NCBI GenBank assembly: GCA_973895155.1
Contig: OZ316891.1
Location: 2,347,324-2,411,323, forward strand
Length of the DNA: 64,000 nt
DNA from: Marsupella aquatica
Lineage: Eukaryota; Plantae; Marchantiophyta
Reading direction: 5' to 3'
The stretch's first letter is position 1, and every line of letters begins with the position of its first letter. Below the pieces are notes generated by a model. It was not told the origin of the DNA. It saw only the letters and a list, made by a program, of their open reading frames with translations, and made no database searches. The position numbers were made by a program, and so were the translations under genes. Below, piece after piece: positions 50,257 through 62,634 of the stretch.

Positions 50257-53005
50257 ATGGCCGCTGTTTCGGCTTCTATCGTCGGTGCCGTCCTCGGATC
50301 CGTTGCTGCGCGGCAGACTGCTCCAACCCAGGTGTGGATCTCGATCGGAGGCCATAGCGAGCGTTCTTTGAGAGATTCGAGGACTTTCCGGTGCGGCTCC
50401 CCCCTTTTTTCCATTTCAGCTGGGCTTCCAGTGTTCGTCTCTACTGCAGAAGTGGTCTTTCTTGCGAAGCTTTTCTGTGGTATGCTTGATCTAGAATGTA
50501 TGGCGTTGTCATCTGTTGGAGTCTAGGGTTTTAGTCCAACTTAAATATATTTTGTTGCTACCTGTCTACACTCTGTTTTTACTCTCATAGACCAGTATTT
50601 GTCCCTGCGGACAGACAGGCGAAAGGAACGAACGAACGAACGAACGATGTTTCCGCGAGAGCCCTCGCTAGCTCCGGAACTCCCAAACCCTCCTTGGGGT
50701 TTTTGCCCTCGCCATCGCTGAGGTTGGGGAGAATTGGGAGAACTCCCGGAATCCCGCTACTCCTTTGCAACGCCAGTAAAAGCAAGTCCCCCGTGGAGGA
50801 GAAGCAAGAGGAGCGGCAAGAAGAGATTGAGCAAGAGGAGGAATTGTCTTGGGTGGAGGAGAAGGTGGAGGATTTGAAAGAATACACAAGTTCGGCGGTG
50901 AGGGCCATTCCAGGGCCCAGAGTAGGGAATGGCGAGCTGCCGTGGCTACTAGCGCTTCCAATTGGATATGTGGCGGTCTCTTTGGTCTCAGCAGTGGTCA
51001 AGACCGTTCGACGATACACTTCTCGAGAGGGAAAGCGACGTCGTCAGGTTCCTGCCTCTGTTTTCTTCTCTAAATAAGTAAGCGGATTGTTGTTAACTAG
51101 GCAGAGGACTGTATGGAACATGAGATTGATTTTTTTACTTTTCCAAAATTGTGGACTTCAGTTAATGTGATGGAACTAAATACCAATCTTTTGAAAAATA
51201 AATCTAACGAATCTAGGTCGGGCCCTTCATTTTGTTGAAGTTGGAACTGCCTCCATTTCCTGCAAGATCTGCTTTCCATTGTTCTCAGGTGGAGGAATGC
51301 CGAAGTCTGTAGTGGAGAGTACATTCTTCTGAAATTGTATATCTAATTGTGTGCCAGGTTGGGAAAAATGCGTGGTTGGTGGCAACGCTAGGTGAGTACC
51401 TACCAGCGAAGAGAGACGAGTTGGATTCGAACAAGCTGAATCAAATAGCGAAGAAGGTATTGAGCTATTTGCCGATTGTAGCATTTTCTTCTACATTTCA
51501 TGGTGTTCCATTTTTCTAGATGACCATAACCAATGGTCTAGGAATTTTCAATGGAACCATTGATTCACGATTGAACAAATTAATTTCAAATTTCACCGTG
51601 CCATTTGTGGCACCCGGCAAGGAGTGTCCCATATAGTACAGTACAAGCAACGAACTCAGCACGAGGGACGGGTGAAGTGTCAGTAGAAAATGTGAATTAT
51701 GAAAGGAAAATAGAAAAGACGAGATTCTCGAACAAATGAAAACCACAACAGGATTATTCATCTGAGCCTCCGTCTTGTGTGTGGGTCTCATCTCTAACCA
51801 TTTCCCGGCATTGTCCACCCTGGGGTTAGGGTCTAGGTGCCTAACAATACATATACTAACGTAAATAAAACCAGTCAGTAAGGGAGACTCTACCCGTACA
51901 TTATTTTTCTCTTAATTTAAATTGTGCATCTCCGAGTAAATGTAGATTACATTGTTTGCTTATGAGAATCTTTTTGTCGTTGCAGTGCCAGTTTGATACA
52001 GAGGAGGTCCTCAGAAAATACATTCGGTATGCCCTAAACGAGAGGCCATTTGATCCTGAGCACGTAGCAGACCTCATTCACCTGCGAAAGGTATCAATGT
52101 TGGATGACAAAATCATCGCAGAAATTTTGAACGAAGTTTCTCGACGGATAGTAAAGCAAAAAGGTATTCACAACATCAACAGTAGTAATACCTAAGGAAT
52201 GCGACTAAATTGTTTGGAGAGCATTGCTGATAGTAAAGATATCTGGCCGTTGTATTATCTTTAAATTTTCACTTCGTCAACGACGAAATATATCGGAGTG
52301 GGCCCTGGTGAGTGACCATCATCTTGAATTCATGACCGGTCTGCAGGCCCAGTTGTTGTGGACACTACAGGGTTTACGGAGAAAGGACTGAAGCGGAAAG
52401 TAGCTGTTCAAGCCCTCTTCAGCAAAATTCTTTACCTATCGGAGGTAGTTTGTTGTCTTCTGTTGTACTTCTCCAGTTAAAGAGTCCGTCGCCTTAGCTT
52501 CAGGTTTTACCTTCTACTCTACTGTGTAACTTGAGGCTGATCCATTCATTCAGGTGCTTAGGCTTGGGTAGAAATAACTCTTTGTTTGTCATTGGACAGC
52601 TTGATGAGTTTTGTGCCACAGCTGACCGGAGCTCTCTGAGCATCAAGGAAATTTTTGGCGTTACCGAGTACGTCCAGAACCTTTATGAAGCCTACCATGA
52701 ACTGGCGTGTCCATTAATGGTTTAGGAGTTAGGGCTTGAGATTTTCTGAGAACTTTCCGTATTGTTGTGTTGAAGTTCCAACCTTTTTGGAGTTTCTTGA
52801 CGGATCTGTTTCCATTGGTATTGTTACTTTGTTTCCCATTACAGTCTGTGTGCTTCGTGCTTCTTACTGCTGTCCTGTATGTGGAGTTTGCAGCGAGGAT
52901 GCAAACCTCATGCGAATAGAGACACTGTCAGGGACGACCGAGATGGAATCCCTAGAGCAATTGGTTCGGGAACCATCGGATGAGGATTTTGGTGAAGAAG
53001 ATTGA
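50257..53005 (+). CDS. Conserved plastid-targeted protein resembling Arabidopsis AT2G44870 (ARM-like helical domain). Exons: 50257-50479, 50596-51047 (acceptor uncertain), 51358-51456, 51986-52163, 52347-52444, 52600-52667, 52894-53005
   Basis: Transit-peptide-like start (MAAVSASIVGA...); conserved blocks WVEEK...AIPGPRVG...LPWLLALP, EEVLRKYIRYALNERPF, EILNEVSRRIV, GFTEKGLKRKVAVQALFSKILYLSE, KEIFGVTDEDA. Introns 2-6 are GT-AG and phase-consistent. Confidence 0.85.
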
Positions 53006-55574
53006 GTTACACTCTGGTGCCCGTCGTTACGAGCATGGTCATCCTGTATTTAAAGAATTATAGTGGTTTTAAAAAGGGTAAAGTTAGGAACTTCCTGTCA
53101 CTCTTTTGTTCCATTTCCCTTGGAGGATTAGTGTAGCGAAATTTATTAAGAGTTCAAGTTCCCTTTGCTGCATGGTATCATAGTACTCGATCGTTGTCTT
53201 GTCTGCCTTGTGTTTTCAATTGGTGTCCGCAAGCAAGATGGAATTCCGGTGTTTATTGAATCAGAGAAGAGAACCATTCTTGAAGGAAATGTATTTCATC
53301 GTCGACTCGGTTCATGTCACAAGTCTTAGAAAAGATATCACTTGATCTCGAATCACTTTTTGGGGCACTGTTTGACTACAAACAATATGACCTAAACTCA
53401 TAGCCCACTTAACTACCCAGTAGTTGTGAACCAGGTTAGGGAAACTCATTTCCGATACTGTGTCTCGTAAAGGAATTACTCATGGAAGGGCAAGTTGTTT
53501 CGTCGTAGGGGAGTAAAAGATAAACTTATGTTCCTGTACGATGGGAAATGTTTAACCCGGAAACTCTCTTAAGAATAAAACTGCAGATCAGCATATGATC
53601 GTTCCTGTACGATGGGAAATGTTTAACCCGGAAACTCTCTTAAGAATAGAACTGCAGATCAGCATATGATCGTTCGTCCGCACTACCTTTTACAGCAAGT
53701 CAGGTCAGCAGCATCGATGGGGCCGACGAGTTTATTCCACATTTGCCCCTGCTGTGAACGTTGGATAGTCGAGTGCGTGGTCTGAAAGGTGTCTTGAAAA
53801 GACTGAGCCAGTTCGATAATCGTGCTGTGACTCATGAAGTGAAAGTGAATGGATAACTCGATTTAAATCTCTCGCAGTCCCCGGCTAGTATATCTACTGG
53901 TCCAATCCCTTGTCTTTGTCCTGTTCGTCTAAGGTGTGAAGTGAATTGCTGGAAATAAAGGTTGCTATCGTCCTGGACAAGGGTGCAGGGAAATCTAAGA
54001 AAGTGAGAGCGAACTGTGCCCCAAAAAGGTGATTCGAGATTAGATTTTGGAAATTGAAGGTGGTACTGCGTAATCTCGTCGGATACTTCTCATGGTTCTG
54101 TCCATCCTAGCAGGACCCTTTTTTGTCATAGTTTTCACAACCATGGTGTTGGTTTTTCGTTTTTCTGTTCTTGCTTCTGTCTAGCAAAGGTGTCGGGTCA
54201 TTCCTTGCCTTAGTTCTCTCCCATCAGGGTCGGTGGTCTATTGACTGGGAATGTTTCTATGCCATCCCCTGTGTTATACAGATTCATCCACTCCCCGGGT
54301 ATTGGGTCGAACGTTATGCTTTTCCATACGTTCTTTCAATTTTCTAGCTAATGGCGGAGGGTGATAGTTTCGCGGCCAGAACTTGTTTCCAATCGCTGAT
54401 CCGAGTTCCAGGTTGGGAAACGCTGGCGTCCTGAGTTTGTCGACGCACGCTGGCAGGACCTCTATGAGGTCTAGGACCGAGTCATTGGACAGAAGGCAAA
54501 CTATTTCTTTCAGCCCCAGAGTGATCCATCCAGTACAAAGCTATGTTTACGAGAAGCTATGTGACATGTGTATGATTATTATTCCTGTTTTATACTTCCT
54601 GAACAAGCTTTGTTATCTCCACCTTCCCCAAGTGAAGGATATTGCCCCTACACGGAATCCGTGTTGTAGTTACTTGGAAAAGAGGCAAGAGGTTCCTCCT
54701 CACAATTTGGAAATTATTAGAGTAAAATTTGCCCAAAGGAAGTCCCATTTTTGTTGAACTAGAGACACACCAGACCGGGCTTTAAGGAAGAAGCAGGCAG
54801 ATAAGCAAATAGTGAAAGGAGGCAACTAAGCGAGGGGCAGAAGCTACAGCGGGAGCAGTACGTTGACTTATTCGATAAAGTAAAATCAAAGAGATGCTTT
54901 CGCATGTAAAGCAGTCATCTGGACGGAATCTCTGGCCAATATTTCCGCGAGTTGTGCACCTGACTAGTGCTAATCTCAACGAGTTGTAACGAAGGGTCAC
55001 AATTTCTTGACAATTCTGACCTTTATCCCGTTCGTTCGTTGGACTTCAAAATTCAAAATCGTCTAAGAAGGTCCTCCCTAGATTATGACAAGAGGTGTTT
55101 TGGATTTCAATTGCACCATTCCTGAGCCACGCGATACAATATTGAGCAAGTAAGAGATCTAGACCAAACTGGTTGTCACTCATAGCACTCGTCTGGTTGT
55201 CTCTCATGGCACTCTGCTCTCCATATTTCCAAGGTCATAAATGTTCTTACGTAATATGAAGTATCCAGGTTGTGCTTGAATGTGGATAACAGAAAGCTCG
55301 AGCTGCCGAGTAGCGATCAAGGTTATTGCCAAGGGTAGCAGAAGGTATAGCACCCTTCTGCCTTGTTTTCATACCGTCTACTTTCAATTCATCAACGGCG
55401 TTTCAATTTACGCAACTGTCTTTGAGCATACCTTCTATAACTCTGCCCGCCGCACAACGAGGCAAAGGCGCTCAGTAAATACTACCGTTCTCCCTTTGGT
55501 GTAGTAGTAATTGGCTACTGTACTGATTGGGTTCGCGTCGTCTCGGGCAGACATCATCTCAGCCCATATGTTCG

Positions 55575-56093
55575 ATGGCCAACAATGTTTTGAGTTTAAG
55601 GGATTTCACCGCAGACGACGTGGATCACTTCTTAGAGTGGGCGGCAGATCCCGAGGTAACGGAGTTCCTCACCTGGGAGCCCTACACATCTCGGGAAGAC
55701 GCACTGGCCTTCCTGACTAAGGTGGCGATCCCCAGCCCTTGGCTGAAAGCCATCTGCCTGGACGGGAAGGCAATCGGATCGATCGCCTTGAGAAGAGGCA
55801 GTGACATCCACCGGTGCCTAGCTGAAATGGGCTACTGTCTGGCGAGAAAGCACTGGGGCAAAGGGTACGCAACACAAGCAGTGAAGCTGGCCTTGTCTAC
55901 CGGATTCCAAGATGTGGGGGTTGCCAGGATCCAAGCGATAGTTCTTCCTGATAACATGAGATCCAGAAGAGTGCTTGAAAAGGCAGGATTCCAGCAGGAC
56001 GCTCTGTTGCGGAACTTCATGGTGGTCAGCGTGGGTGGCCAAGAACTTGTTAGGGATGCACTTCTCTTCTCTGCTTTGCCAGCAGTGTCATGA
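55575..56093 (+). CDS. GNAT N-acetyltransferase, RimJ/RimL (Acetyltransf_3) type, intronless, 172 aa
   Basis: LSLRDFT..D, WAADPEV, AEMGYCLARKHWGKGYAT (acetyl-CoA motif A), RIQAIV...N.RSRRVLEKAGF. Resembles plant p20-like GNATs. Confidence 0.93.
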   Translation: MANNVLSLRDFTADDVDHFLEWAADPEVTEFLTWEPYTSREDALAFLTKVAIPSPWLKAICLDGKAIGSIALRRGSDIHRCLAEMGYCLARKHWGKGYATQAVKLALSTGFQDVGVARIQAIVLPDNMRSRRVLEKAGFQQDALLRNFMVVSVGGQELVRDALLFSALPAVS

Positions 56094-57840
56094 TTTTTTG
56101 CTTGATTGAGTGATTGGTTTTTTGTCCTGCCTGGCTTCTGCCTTGCTGCCTAGCACGAGTGAAGAAGTTTCCCAAGGTCCACAGTAAAAGTCAGCTCTCA
56201 AGCTGTTGCTGTTGATCCTGTCCGCAGTGGTGTAATTCATAGTGACAATGAGTTCAATGTGCCCTCACTGGGCAACCTTTCATACTCTCCCTATTCTTCA
56301 ACATCCTACTCAACTGAGTATGTCCCAGGTCCTCATCATAGGAGTCTTTGTTTCAATTGGTAACAGTAAACTAGATTCTAACCAGCGTTTACTCAATGTC
56401 CCAGCTTGCTTATGGGCAGTGCTCATGTAGGACACGCTACAAAAATCTTGTCTGGGTTCATCAAGGCCCCACGATTGGTTTGCCTTGCAAAATTGCTCTT
56501 GAATTTCCATTCAGAAAGACAGCATACATCGGGGACTGCCCACAGACGGGGTCAGCTTCAGGCTCCGCGCTTGTGAGTTAAGTTGGGGAATCTAAGGTCT
56601 GAAAATGCTATATCGTTCAAAGCCAAATACCTCAGAGTCTTACTGGGGCAGGACTGTGCATGTGGTGGTGAGTCTGATGGTACGCATTCCTTCCGTCATG
56701 CTGTCTCGTTTGGCTCAAGTGCGAACAGCAAGTGTTTGCAAAGCAGGAGCAGAAATGCTCTGATGGGTCCATTCATTTGACTTCACAATAGTATTCTGCG
56801 TCCTCGGGGTGGAAGGGCCATGCCAAGTTAGAGTCCAAGGCGTTTGATGTCATTCACATTTTCAACTGAACCTTGCTTTGATTCCTTGCTTTGATTCTTG
56901 CGGTCGTTAGAGTGCAAGGCTTTTGATGTATTTCACATTTTCAACGAGAACCTTGCTTTGATTCTTGCGGTCTGGGGTGACTTTGTGCGCTTGGGCTGTC
57001 ATCCCCTTCGATTATGGTTAGCGTGTAAGCCTTCTGCCATACTTCCCACCATTTCTGTGTGAGTGGAGTTGAGCTTTTGGGCTGACTAGCCCTCGACCAG
57101 AAAGTGAAAGAAAACCTGACCAGCCAGCAACCGGGAAGCTTTTTAGAAGCTTTTTAGAGCCTTCTTGGAGCAGGGCTAGGCAAGAACCCTTGCCCAGACC
57201 CCCTTGCCAGACCTCCACAACAGTAAGAATTTGTTTGAAAGGAAGGCAAGTTATCTGTATGGAAACATTTTTGGAGGCCCTTGCTATTCCCATAATTTGT
57301 TTCCTGAAAGTAACCTTTTTCGGGAGAGGAATTACATAATATAATGCATGTTGTGGCAGGGATTCTAGCCTGAACCTTGCTCCAAGAAAGCTCAGAAAAC
57401 ATTCCTGGCTGCTGCAGTCTTCAGGTCAGGTTTTCTTCCCTTAGGTTACTTCTAGGCAAGAGATTATGAGAACAGCAAGTACCTCCCAAAATGCTTACAC
57501 ATAGGCAACCTGCATTTTGTACAGACATTACAACAGTTAGCGTGGTGCTGGATAGTGCATAATTTGAACTGATTCTAGAAAGTGTGCTTTGTGACTTGAA
57601 GTTACTGCGGTAAATGGTCCTTAGGTTTCATATAAAATTGGCTTGAGGATAAAAGTAAAACTGGAAAGAACCAAGCATATCATTAAACTAGACAGAAAGG
57701 CATGAATGGTTTTCCTTGACTTGCTCTCTATGAAGACAACAGCACTAACCCTTTGACCACCGGCCTATAAGAAAAGCCAGAGGACCCCTTGTTGTGCAAG
57801 TTCAGATCCCACAATTTTAGTTTGAGGACCCCTTGGTTGT

Positions 57841-58386
57841 GTAAGTTTGATATTATTCAACTAGTCGGAGCAATGAAGAGTTGCAGAATGGAATAATTTT
57901 GAATATGGAGATGAGAGGAAACAGATTAAACGGAGGGGTTAACACCCTAAACCCTAAACAAAGTGGATTTTAAGTTAGTTAGGGGACATTAAATATAATT
58001 GAAGACAAAAGGAAGATTATTTATGGTAAGAGTCTATACAAAATGTGTCACTACCCATAGTAAATTAATATTCCATAGAGTCTATACAAAATATGTTGCT
58101 ATCCATCGTAGTTGAAAAATTTGGATACTATGGACACAAGAATACCAAGGGAATGTAAGAAACTTTTCAATTACGATGGATAGCAACACATTTTGTATAG
58201 ACTCTATGGAATGTTAATCTACTATGGGTAGTGACACGTTTTGTATAGACTCTTACCATGAATAATCTTCCTTTTGTCTTCAATAAACCCCTCCGTTTAA
58301 TCTGTTTCCTCTCATCTCCATATTCAAAATTATTCTAACTTTACAACTCTCATTTGCTCCGACTAGTTGAATAACATGAAACTTAC
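57841..58386. repeat. Long inverted repeat / foldback element (~225-bp arms, ~45-nt loop)
   Basis: Left arm 57841-58118 pairs with 58164-58386 (e.g. AAGAGTCTATACAAAATGTGTCACTACCCATAG / CTATGGGTAGTGACACGTTTTGTATAGACTCTT). A ~57-bp insertion is present in the left arm only. Confidence 0.93.
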
Positions 58387-61300
58387 CAAACCATGAACTT
58401 TTTTATAGAGTTCTTTCTTGTAGAAAATCTTAGAGTCTGACATTGTATATCTTGAAGCCTGATTTGTTCACGTTCAATTCACGGACCTGCACTCAAATCA
58501 ATCACCCTGGAATATGGCTGCACATGCTTCCAGGGATTTTAAAAGGAGGTTCCCATTGGCTCCATAATGAGTATGTGCCTCCCAATTGGCCAGAAGAACA
58601 TGCAAGCCTCTTAGAGTCTGCTTGTCATGTTGCATAACCTACTATTAAACACAAAAGTACCAAAGAAAAATCTGAGCACCCTCTATTGTTCAATCTTTTC
58701 CTCTTCAATGCTTTGGAGACCTTCAACAATTGATCTATTAGGGCATCTCAAAGCTTCATAGTTACAAATGATTGCGGATGATGATGATGGGAGTGGGAGG
58801 GGTGCGAGTGGGATGGACAGAAGGACTGTGGGGCATGGGAACATAAGAAAGGGGACCCACAATCTGTATGCCTCTTTGCCTGCATCCTTTGTCCATTTGT
58901 CTTCACTTGGGGCATGACCCTCTTGGACCCAACAGGGTCGTCATCGTCTATCTCTTCACTTTGTCCCCATGACAATTCTTTTCCACAACACCATCACTTA
59001 GGCAAAGACACCTTTTGCATAGTCATCGTCTACCTCTCACATATCTCTTCACTTTGTCTCCATGACAATTCTTTTACACAATAACTTCCTCCACAACATC
59101 TTTTGCACAACACCATCTCTTGGGCAAAGACATCGTTTGCATTGAGATCATTGTGCACAACTACATCTTTTATGCAATGACATTGTCTCCACAACATCTT
59201 TGGTGCAACAGGCATCGAGCTAGTGGTTAATAATCATGGGAAAACATGACCTGACAATACCTTTGGAAGCAGTTGGTGTGGCTTCGCTACTGTGTGAGGT
59301 GCCCGCAAGGATTCCTCATTGCAGCCAATGATTTTGACTGCAACCTTGCCCTGCCAACGGCTAGTATGTTCTCTTGAGATTCCAACATTACTGGAGGAAC
59401 CAGGTATGCGCTACATTCATATGTCTTCGAAGCCACGACCTGTTTCATCCAAGGGATCAAGCTCAAAGTGTTCAGTTTCCGAAATGATCATCCGATTTGA
59501 GTTCCATGTCCTGAACAGCCAACCAAATGGTCATTGTGCTGTGCACTCTTCCAGGTTGTGGAAGCTCTCTGCAAAGTTTAGGGTTTAGCAGGTTTACACC
59601 GGAATCAGATGCTTTGACTCGTAATGTCGAAGGGAATAAAGCTGTGTTCACTGTTCGAAAAGATTTCGATTTGTGTACCTGGCGTTCCAGAAAACGGGCA
59701 CCATTTCTTTTTCCCCAGGTGAAGAAGCGTAATTGTCTGTTGCTCTTGGAATGCAGGCTTGTAGGGGGTACCCTGTTCCCTTTGAGCAGATGATGCTAAT
59801 AGTTCTACGAGGTTGATGTTACACAATGCGCTATTAACATCTGTAGATTCCTAATATGCTTTCGGTTGGAGAACTTCGGATCTTGAGAGAAGAAAAAAGG
59901 ATGCGCAGTGGGAGTGTCGCAGTTTTTGGCATAAGGTTCTTGCGGCAAGTTTTATTTTCTGTTGTTGGATATTAAGAGGTTCACGGAGTCTCTTGTGAGT
60001 CAGGCTGAGCAAACTGCTTCAACTATGGACTGGCAAGGATCATGATGTGAAGAAGCCAGAAATCTATGCGGGAGTAACATCCGCATCTTCAGTCTATCAT
60101 CTTCACTTTTGCGTCTTTGGGAAATCGCATTCTATGCGAAATTCAACCGTGACGGAGTCGTCGTGAGTCCGCGTTAGACGGGCCAGCGATGAATTGACCT
60201 CTGTTGGAGAGCCCGTATTTCGCTTCATTTACAGGTGAGCTCATTTAAGCGCTTCATTAATGGTGCCCCTGACATTGCATTTTTGATGAGACGAGCTCTC
60301 TTTCTACATTCTAGTATAAAACTTTACTAATCCCCGAAGTCACTGTTGAAGGGGGATTTTGCTTTAACAACGGGGTTTGAGCCATTTTGTTTTGCATGCT
60401 TTGCAGCTCTTGGAAGAAACAGCAGTGGCAACTCAGACAGCTTTGAAATGAGATGAGCCTAAGGAGCAAACTTGCGGAGAGGTTGCTTTCAATCCCCACT
60501 GTAAGATTTTGTACCACTCTGGGCTTCAGGTGCTCAACGGACAGAACGAAGAATTGATCAGTTGGTTTCTTTTAGTAAGTTGGAAGAACGGTTTGGTGTG
60601 CAAGACCAGTTTCTCGTCGCAGTCCAGCGCTAGTCCGGAACTCGCAGCTCAATCCCACCTGCCCGACGGTAATGTGCCTCCCAGGTTAGACACCACTCAA
60701 CAGCTCTTATGCTCCATTCTTCTCCCTGCTTTCACCGTCTTCCAATCCTTTCTTCGAATGTCTGGTCAAGAGTGACCGAAGTACAGCTTCTACTAATGTC
60801 GAGCAATTCTCATTGCTCGTACAATGGCCACTGCTTCGTGACAAGCACTTACTGCGAAATTCTCATAGTAGCTAGACACTACTCAACAGCCGGGACACGC
60901 ATTCATTCATACTCAAGTCACGCATCAAAGTTGGGAATGATCCCCGGTCTGAGGGATGCATTCCGACACGCTTGTTACCTTATACAACGGATGGCAATGC
61001 GGAATGTGACTGAATTGACCAATCGATTGAATTGACGTATTGTGTTGATTGGCGTATACATTGCTTGGTCGCTAAAATGTCGACAAACCGAGACGAAGTT
61101 TGGTCGATATTTGTGCGACTAACCATGGATACGCTGTTGAACACTATTCGTCAGTTTAGTCGCCAATTGTCGGCAATTGTCCCGTTGGATGACACATGAT
61201 GAGCATGCTCAATTTACGGTGACCATATCACAGTCGACATGTTCAGAAGATATGGTAGAAGCCCTAACTCAGGAAGGTCGCACGTATCATGATGTTCTCC

Positions 61301-62634
61301 TCTGTCTCAAAGGAGAATGGTACAGCTTCCTTAGGAACAAGGGTATTCATGATGGCATCAACAAATATCGGCCATGTTAATCATACACACCGGCCACACT
61401 GTGCTACACATGTTCTAGATAATCCAATAATGAGGGCTTACTTCATTTCAAGAAATTCTGAATCATGTGGAACAGTAGGGCATTTCGCAATTGGATGGTT
61501 GCTTGCTCAAAGTTATAACAGTTGTTAGCTCTAGTTTTGCATTTCACTGCAGGTCTGCCGGCAGTAGGTGATGAGAACAACAGCCTCTTGGTTCGCAATA
61601 CCGGTGAAACATCATTCTACTTGGGGGCAAGTACGTTGATGATTTTTCATGGCTATTACGAAGCTGCATTCGTGGGAGCCCTTGTGATCCTAGTTTCCCG
61701 TTTCTTCCTTTTATTCTAAGAGCCCTGAAATAGCTGTCTTGTTCGACTTCCTCAATCTCTGATTCGAAACGTTCTGTAGGGGATGGAAGTAGGGTTAGGT
61801 ATGAAGAATATTGGTTAATATTGGTTCGTCCACACGGATAGAAGACTGACGGGAGATGATCTCTCTGCTAGTACATTCAAGGCTTTCCAGAAGCACTGTG
61901 CCGTCCCGTTTGGAGTTCTGCTGGCAGCACCTTTTAGCAAGGCAATACGAAAAAGTCGCCAACATACACTCAATGGCCTCGTGATCTACGCAGGTGGAAC
62001 AACACAAAATATTGCGCTCAAGGTTCACGACATGTGTTTCCAAAAAGCAGTGAAGAAAACATATAACCATGGAAATGGAATTTTGAGGCCTTCTCTGGGC
62101 AACCTTTCATTTTATTTGCTCTTCAATATGTAGTCCAAATGTGTGATTCCCAGGTTTAGATTACGAGAGTCTTTGGGGAGATTGGTTCAATTGGTACGAA
62201 GGTTCCAATCACCATCGTGCCAGCAGGATACATTTGAGTTATGATTTTCCATCGGTTAAAAATCTTGCTCGTCGTTTCGAAAATTAGAGCTGGTATTGTT
62301 AAAAGGACAAATATCCCACGGAAGATGTCTACAGCCACAGCTGATCTCCTTGAAATTGCAAATAAGTCCTTGAAAAATATGGTATATCCCATGACGTATA
62401 CTAGCACGCTTGAATTTGGTCCACTAGGTGCTTGATTTCATTACACTACAGGGAAAGGGATGCGTTAAAAAAGCCCATACCAGGTCTGGAGTCCGCCCCA
62501 CGAGGCACATATCACTGTGTACCAGCAGTCAGTACTTTACAAGTGGAAGCTCTATATCATATAGTACAGATCTGTCCAAGGAGAGGCAGTTGATCCGAAG
62601 CTAATTTGGTGGCAAAACTTTACTCCAGACACTG

